A stretch of DNA of 64,000 nucleotides, taken from Arcobacteraceae bacterium (GTDB lineage: Bacteria > Campylobacterota > Campylobacteria > Campylobacterales > Arcobacteraceae). Location of the stretch: assembly GCA_048268245.1 (NCBI GenBank), contig JBLWVX010000001.1, positions 1-64,000 of the forward strand, in the 5' to 3' direction. The position numbers and the translations under genes are program-made. Below are positions 59,298 through 64,000 of the stretch, one piece after another. Position 1 is the first letter of the stretch. Each line of letters opens with the position of its first letter. A model generated the notes under the pieces. That model ran no database searches. It worked only from the letters and a program-made list of their open reading frames with translations, and was not told where the DNA came from.

Positions 59298-60395
59298 ATG
59301 AAAAAAATTATTCTATCTACAATTGCATGTGCATCTGTAATTTTAACTGCAAATGCTACTGAGTATAAGTATGAAATAACTCCAATGTATTCTACAGCTT
59401 TTGCTGAGCATAATACAGATTTACCTAAATCATATGGTAATGCTGGTTTAGCTATTGGGTTTAATCAAACAGATTCAATCTTTGACCAAGTAGAAGTTGG
59501 TTTCTTAAGATCTATTGAAGATGTAAACTACCAAAATGTAGCAAACAGAGATACAGGTGTAACAAGAATATTCACTAACTTAATTAAAGAGTATGACTTA
59601 AATTCTACATATTCTTTATATGCATTAGTTGGTGCTGGTGTTGAGTATTTTAATGATGAATTCGCAGGTAATGAAAGCGGATTATTTGGTAACTATGGTG
59701 CTGGTGTTAAAATCAAGTTTTATAAAGATATGGCTGTAAAAGTTGACTTAAGACATGCTATTGAAACTGACCATGGTGATAATACTTTATTATACAATGT
59801 TGGATTATCAATTCCATTTGGAAAAGTTGCAGCTCCTGCACCTGCTCCTGTTGTAGAAAAAGTTGTTGAGCCTGCTCCACTTGATTCTGACAATGATGGT
59901 GTAATTGATGCCAATGACAAATGTCCAAATACAGTTGCAAATGCAGTTGTAAATGCACAAGGTTGTGAATTAGATGATGATAAAGATGGTGTTGTAAATA
60001 GATTAGATCAATGTCCAAATACTATGGCAGATTCAAAAGTTGATACTGTAGGATGTATGACATTAGTTGATTTAAAAATTAACTTTGCTAACAACTCTGC
60101 TAAAATCAATGAACAATATACTTCAAAAATTGTTGAATTTGCAAACGTAATGAAAAACAATACAAAATTAAAAGCTACTATTGAAGCTCATACAGATTCA
60201 GTAGGAAGCAAAGCATACAACCAAAACTTATCTCAAAGAAGAGCTGCTTCAACTATAAAAGCTTTAACTGAGTTAAATGTAGAGGCTTCTAGATTAAAAG
60301 CTATTGGTTATGGTGAAGCAAAACCAGTTGCTAGTAATAAAACTGCAGAAGGTAGAGCAGAAAATAGAAGAGTTACAGCTGTAATATCTAAATAA
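59298..60395 (+). CDS. OmpA-family outer-membrane protein (CadF/OprF-like), copy 1
   Basis: Signal peptide, beta-barrel, Pro-Ala linker, DxDxDGV..CP repeats, HTDSVG..LSQRRA..NRRV. Confidence 0.9.
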   Translation: MKKIILSTIACASVILTANATEYKYEITPMYSTAFAEHNTDLPKSYGNAGLAIGFNQTDSIFDQVEVGFLRSIEDVNYQNVANRDTGVTRIFTNLIKEYDLNSTYSLYALVGAGVEYFNDEFAGNESGLFGNYGAGVKIKFYKDMAVKVDLRHAIETDHGDNTLLYNVGLSIPFGKVAAPAPAPVVEKVVEPAPLDSDNDGVIDANDKCPNTVANAVVNAQGCELDDDKDGVVNRLDQCPNTMADSKVDTVGCMTLVDLKINFANNSAKINEQYTSKIVEFANVMKNNTKLKATIEAHTDSVGSKAYNQNLSQRRAASTIKALTELNVEASRLKAIGYGEAKPVASNKTAEGRAENRRVTAVISK

Positions 60396-60416
60396 TTTAA
60401 TATTATTTTTAAATAT

Positions 60417-60450
60417 AAAAAAGGATTAGTTTTTACTAATCCTTTTTTTT
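60417..60450 (+). terminator. Intrinsic terminator
   Basis: aaggattagt / actaatcctt plus T-run. Confidence 0.8.
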
Positions 60451-60551
60451 TGCTAATTTTTATGCTTATTTTTTATTCGATTTACAATTCTTCAATAAAT
60501 TCTCTATATTTTTATGATATAATTTGTCAAATTATTTCAAAAGGACTTTTG

Positions 60552-61673
60552 ATGAAAAAACTTATATTAGCATCTGTAATCTCATCTTCTTTATTATTTG
60601 CAGCTAGTAACCCAAGTAATGAATATGGTTATGAAGTTACAGGATATGCAGCAGGAATTTTAAGTGACTCTAGTAATAAACTAAAAGATGACAACTACTT
60701 AAATGGTGGGCTTTCAATAGCAAAGAATTTAGATGGCATGATGATTGATCAAATAGAGCTAGGCTTTTTAAGAAGTCAAAGTGTTGAATATAAAGCTGGT
60801 TCAAATACTAATATGAACACTCTATTTTTAAATGCAATTAAAAAGTATGGCATTACTGATAAATTATCAGCATATGGATTAGCTGGATTAGGAAATCAAG
60901 ATGTTTCACAAGAAGTAGGAGAAAATGAAGATTCAATTTTCTTTAACTGGGGTCTTGGTTTAAGATATGACATTCCTTATTACGGTATGGCTGTAAAAGG
61001 TGATGTAAGACATTTATATGCTTTTGAAAATGGTAGAAATGATATTATGTATACTTTAGGTTTAGCTATGCCTCTTGGTAAAAAATATATTGAACCAATT
61101 GTTGCAAAAGTTCCAGTAATCGAAGAAGAGCCAAAACCTATTGAAGTTGTTGAAGAAGCAGATGATGATAATGATGGTGTTATAAACTCAAAAGATTTAT
61201 GTCCGAATACATTAGCAGGTGTTAAAGTAAATAAAAATGGATGTGAGTTAGATGATGATAAAGATGGTGTTGCAAATAGACTTGATCAATGTCCTAATAC
61301 TTCTGCTGGTGTAAAAGTAAATGAAGTTGGATGTGTTGCAACAATTAACTTAAAAATCAATTTTGATTATAATTCAGCTGATGTAAAATCTATATATAAT
61401 AATCAAATTGCTAAATTTTCAGAAATATTAAAAGAAGATAAAAATCTAAGTGCTACTATTGAAGCTCACACAGACTCAAAAGGTAGTGAAAAATATAATG
61501 AAATTCTATCTTTAAGAAGAGCTAATTCTATTGTAAAAGAATTAATTAAAACGGGAATTGAACCTTCTAGACTTACTGCTGTTGGTTATGGTGAAACTAG
61601 ACCAATTGCTACAAATGATACTGCTGATGGTAGAGCACAAAACAGAAGAGTTACTGGACTTATTAACCAATAA
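60552..61673 (+). CDS. OmpA-family outer-membrane protein (CadF/OprF-like), copy 2
   Basis: Same architecture as copy 1. Start placed at MKKLILAS after AAGGA. Confidence 0.9.
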   Translation: MKKLILASVISSSLLFAASNPSNEYGYEVTGYAAGILSDSSNKLKDDNYLNGGLSIAKNLDGMMIDQIELGFLRSQSVEYKAGSNTNMNTLFLNAIKKYGITDKLSAYGLAGLGNQDVSQEVGENEDSIFFNWGLGLRYDIPYYGMAVKGDVRHLYAFENGRNDIMYTLGLAMPLGKKYIEPIVAKVPVIEEEPKPIEVVEEADDDNDGVINSKDLCPNTLAGVKVNKNGCELDDDKDGVANRLDQCPNTSAGVKVNEVGCVATINLKINFDYNSADVKSIYNNQIAKFSEILKEDKNLSATIEAHTDSKGSEKYNEILSLRRANSIVKELIKTGIEPSRLTAVGYGETRPIATNDTADGRAQNRRVTGLINQ

Positions 61674-61682
61674 TTGCTTCAA

Positions 61683-61717
61683 TTTAGAAGATTTGGATTT
61701 TTTCCAAATCTTCTAAA
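61683..61717 (+). terminator. Hairpin after OmpA copy 2
   Basis: tttagaagatttgga / tccaaatcttctaaa. Confidence 0.65.
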
Positions 61718-61801
61718 AAACCCTTATTTTTTCTTTTAACTGTAAACTTACATAATTTTAGGTATAATCGCGAATATATAATTAAATAAATAGGATTAGC
61801 C

Positions 61802-63589
61802 TTGCAGAAAAATATTAGAAACTTTAGTATTATTGCTCATATTGACCATGGAAAATCTACATTAGCAGATAGAATTATTCAAGAGTGTGGTTCAGTAGCA
61901 GATAGAGATATGTCTGCACAAGTAATGGATACAATGGATATTGAAAAAGAGCGTGGTATTACAATCAAAGCTCAAAGTGTAAGACTTGATTATGTTAAAG
62001 ATGGAGAAAATTATGTTCTTAATTTAATTGACACTCCAGGTCACGTTGACTTCTCATATGAAGTAAGTAGATCATTAGCATCATCTGAGGGTGCTTTACT
62101 TATTGTAGATTCAACTCAAGGAGTTGAAGCTCAAACTATTGCAAATGTTTATATTGCAATGGATAATGACTTAGAACTTTTACCAGTTGTAAATAAAATT
62201 GACTTACCTTCAGCAGATCCAGATAGAGTTCTTGAAGAAGTTGAAGATGCTATTGGACTTGACTGTACAGAAAACAATCTAATTTCAGCAAAAACTGGTC
62301 TTGGAGTAAAAGATTTAATTGACTCAATTGTTGATAGAGTTCCAGCACCACAAGGTGATGAAAATGCTCCAACTAAAGCTTTAATTTATGATTCTTGGTT
62401 TGATAACTATCTTGGTGCACTTGCACTTGTAAGAGTATATGAAGGAAGTATTAAAAAAGGTCAAATGCTTAAAATGATGAATACAAAAGTTGAACATCCA
62501 GTTCTTAACTTAATGTATCCACATCCACTGAAAAGACAAAATACAGATGAAATTAAAACGGGTGAAATAGGAATTGTTGTACTTGGGCTTAAAACACTTG
62601 ATGGTATTGCTGTAGGTGATACTATGACAGATGCAAAAGAGCCAACGGCTATTGCTATTGATGGTTTTGAACCTGCTAAGCCATTTGTATTTGCTGGTCT
62701 TTATCCAATTGAAACTGATAAATTTGAAGATTTAAGAGAAGCTTTAACTAAACTTCAATTAAATGACTCTTCTATTTCTTTTGAACCTGAAAGTTCAGCG
62801 GCACTTGGTTCTGGATTTAGAACAGGTTTCTTAGGTATGCTTCACATGGAAGTAATCAAAGAAAGACTTGAGAGAGAATTTAATCTTGATTTAATTGCAA
62901 CAGCACCAACAGTTGTATATGAAGTTTTACAAAAAGATGGTGAGAGAATTGATATTCAAAACCCTTCTGAATTACCAGAACCAAATTATATTGAAACAAT
63001 TTTTGAACCATATGTAAAAGCTACTATTTTAGTACCTGATGAGTTCTTAGGAAATGTAATTAAACTTTTAAATGATAAAAGAGGTATTCAAATCAAGATG
63101 GATTACCTTGGAGCTAGAGTATTACTAGAATATGATATTCCAATGAATGAAATCGTAATGGATTTCTATGATAAACTAAAATCAACTACAAAAGGTTATG
63201 CATCATTTGATTATGAACCAGTAGGATTTAGAGAAGGAAATCTTAAAAAACTTGATGTTAGAGTTGCAGGAGATGTAGTAGATGCCTTATCTATTATTGT
63301 ACCTGAGGACAAAGCTGTAGCAAAAGGTAGAGAGTTTATCAAAGCCTTAAAAGAAATGATACCAAGACAATTATTTGAAGTAGCAATCCAAGCAAGTATT
63401 GGTACTACAATTATTGCAAGAGAAACTGTAAAATCAACAGGTAAAAACGTAACTGCAAAATGTTATGGTGGTGATATTACAAGAAAAAGAAAACTTTTAG
63501 AGAAACAAAAAGCTGGTAAAAAAAGAATGAAAGCTATTGGTAAAGTAAATGTACCACAAGAAGCATTCATGGCTGTTTTAAAAATCTAA
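61802..63589 (+). CDS. lepA: Elongation factor 4
   Basis: [40 protein letters not shown] start. Confidence 0.97.
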   Translation: MQKNIRNFSIIAHIDHGKSTLADRIIQECGSVADRDMSAQVMDTMDIEKERGITIKAQSVRLDYVKDGENYVLNLIDTPGHVDFSYEVSRSLASSEGALLIVDSTQGVEAQTIANVYIAMDNDLELLPVVNKIDLPSADPDRVLEEVEDAIGLDCTENNLISAKTGLGVKDLIDSIVDRVPAPQGDENAPTKALIYDSWFDNYLGALALVRVYEGSIKKGQMLKMMNTKVEHPVLNLMYPHPLKRQNTDEIKTGEIGIVVLGLKTLDGIAVGDTMTDAKEPTAIAIDGFEPAKPFVFAGLYPIETDKFEDLREALTKLQLNDSSISFEPESSAALGSGFRTGFLGMLHMEVIKERLEREFNLDLIATAPTVVYEVLQKDGERIDIQNPSELPEPNYIETIFEPYVKATILVPDEFLGNVIKLLNDKRGIQIKMDYLGARVLLEYDIPMNEIVMDFYDKLKSTTKGYASFDYEPVGFREGNLKKLDVRVAGDVVDALSIIVPEDKAVAKGREFIKALKEMIPRQLFEVAIQASIGTTIIARETVKSTGKNVTAKCYGGDITRKRKLLEKQKAGKKRMKAIGKVNVPQEAFMAVLKI

Positions 63590-63606
63590 TTTCAACTAAC
63601 TTAACA

Positions 63607-63642
63607 ATATATACTAAAAGCACATATGCTTTTAGTATATAT
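63607..63642 (+). terminator. Hairpin after lepA
   Basis: atatatactaaaagca / tgcttttagtatatat. Confidence 0.6.
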
Positions 63643-63730
63643 GCTTTAATTTTTCTGTCTTTTTTTAATTTTATACCAAAACAATAAATATCTCTAGTTT
63701 ACATATAATATTTTATGTTATTATATATCT

Positions 63731-64000
63731 ATGAAATGCATCCTATGTGAAAACCTATCTTTCCAAATAATTTGTACAAAATGTCAAAGTACTTTACTTC
63801 AACCCTCTTTTCATAAAAGAGAGATTGAAAAAGATTTTTTTAACTACTCGTTTTATGCTCTAAGTGATATAGAAGAACTTATTAGTTCGAAGTACTATTT
63901 TCATGGAGATAGAGTTTTTAACCTTCTAGCTAAGTTGTCTTTTTATAAATTTGCACAAAATTTCACTTATGATAAAAACATTTTTGCTATTGCTATTGAT
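63731..64000 (+). CDS. ComF-family protein, 5' part; runs off the window edge
   Basis: Manual translation MKCILCENLSFQIICTKCQ...SFY...SKYYFHG with double CxxC, typical of Campylobacterota ComF/CtsW. Confidence 0.75.
   Translation, partial: MKCILCENLSFQIICTKCQSTLLQPSFHKREIEKDFFNYSFYALSDIEELISSKYYFHGDRVFNLLAKLSFYKFAQNFTYDKNIFAIAID

Noticed and set aside
63986..63998. tgctattgctat resembling the TGCTAY operator
   Set aside because: 6-bp period, inside the comF coding sequence (Ala-Ile-Ala-Ile).
1..64000. CRISPR arrays, rRNA, IS transposases, prophage genes
   Set aside because: No regularly spaced repeats or matching ORFs were seen by eye.

Overview
AT-rich chromosomal window from a Campylobacterota bacterium. 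Gene order and protein style suggest Arcobacteraceae; this is an inference, as no search was run. Most of it is housekeeping: tpx fragment, cvfB, znuBC, AmmeMemoRadiSam operon with hemH, cytochrome c553/ccoS/ccoI, gmk, tsf, rpsB, MoxR-vWA operon, murE, ileS, mqo, four tRNAs, sppA, aroQ, folK, two mnmA, prs, two OmpA/CadF-like genes, lepA and a comF fragment. Two accessory regions stand out. (1) A ~17 kb carboxylate/acetate locus (34812-51605) holds a Cache two-component system, three sodium:solute symporters with small membrane partners, and pta-ackA. It also carries two paralogous pairs of a cNMP-CBS-nucleotidyltransferase (DUF294) and a DEDDh exonuclease. All three symporters end in the same AVDH tail, and an 11-bp-period TGCTAY repeat recurs upstream of the three transporter units and pta. 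I propose a reversible nucleotidylation (writer/eraser) control system for uptake. (2) A lone, promoterless HhH-GPD glycosylase-like gene (16813-17547) carries integron-cassette core and inverse-core sites with truncated attC arms, each cut off by an outward-facing GG-x-x-CAG motif. It lies beside a Fur-boxed TonB receptor/two-component module. No integrase, transposase, CRISPR array or rRNA was seen.
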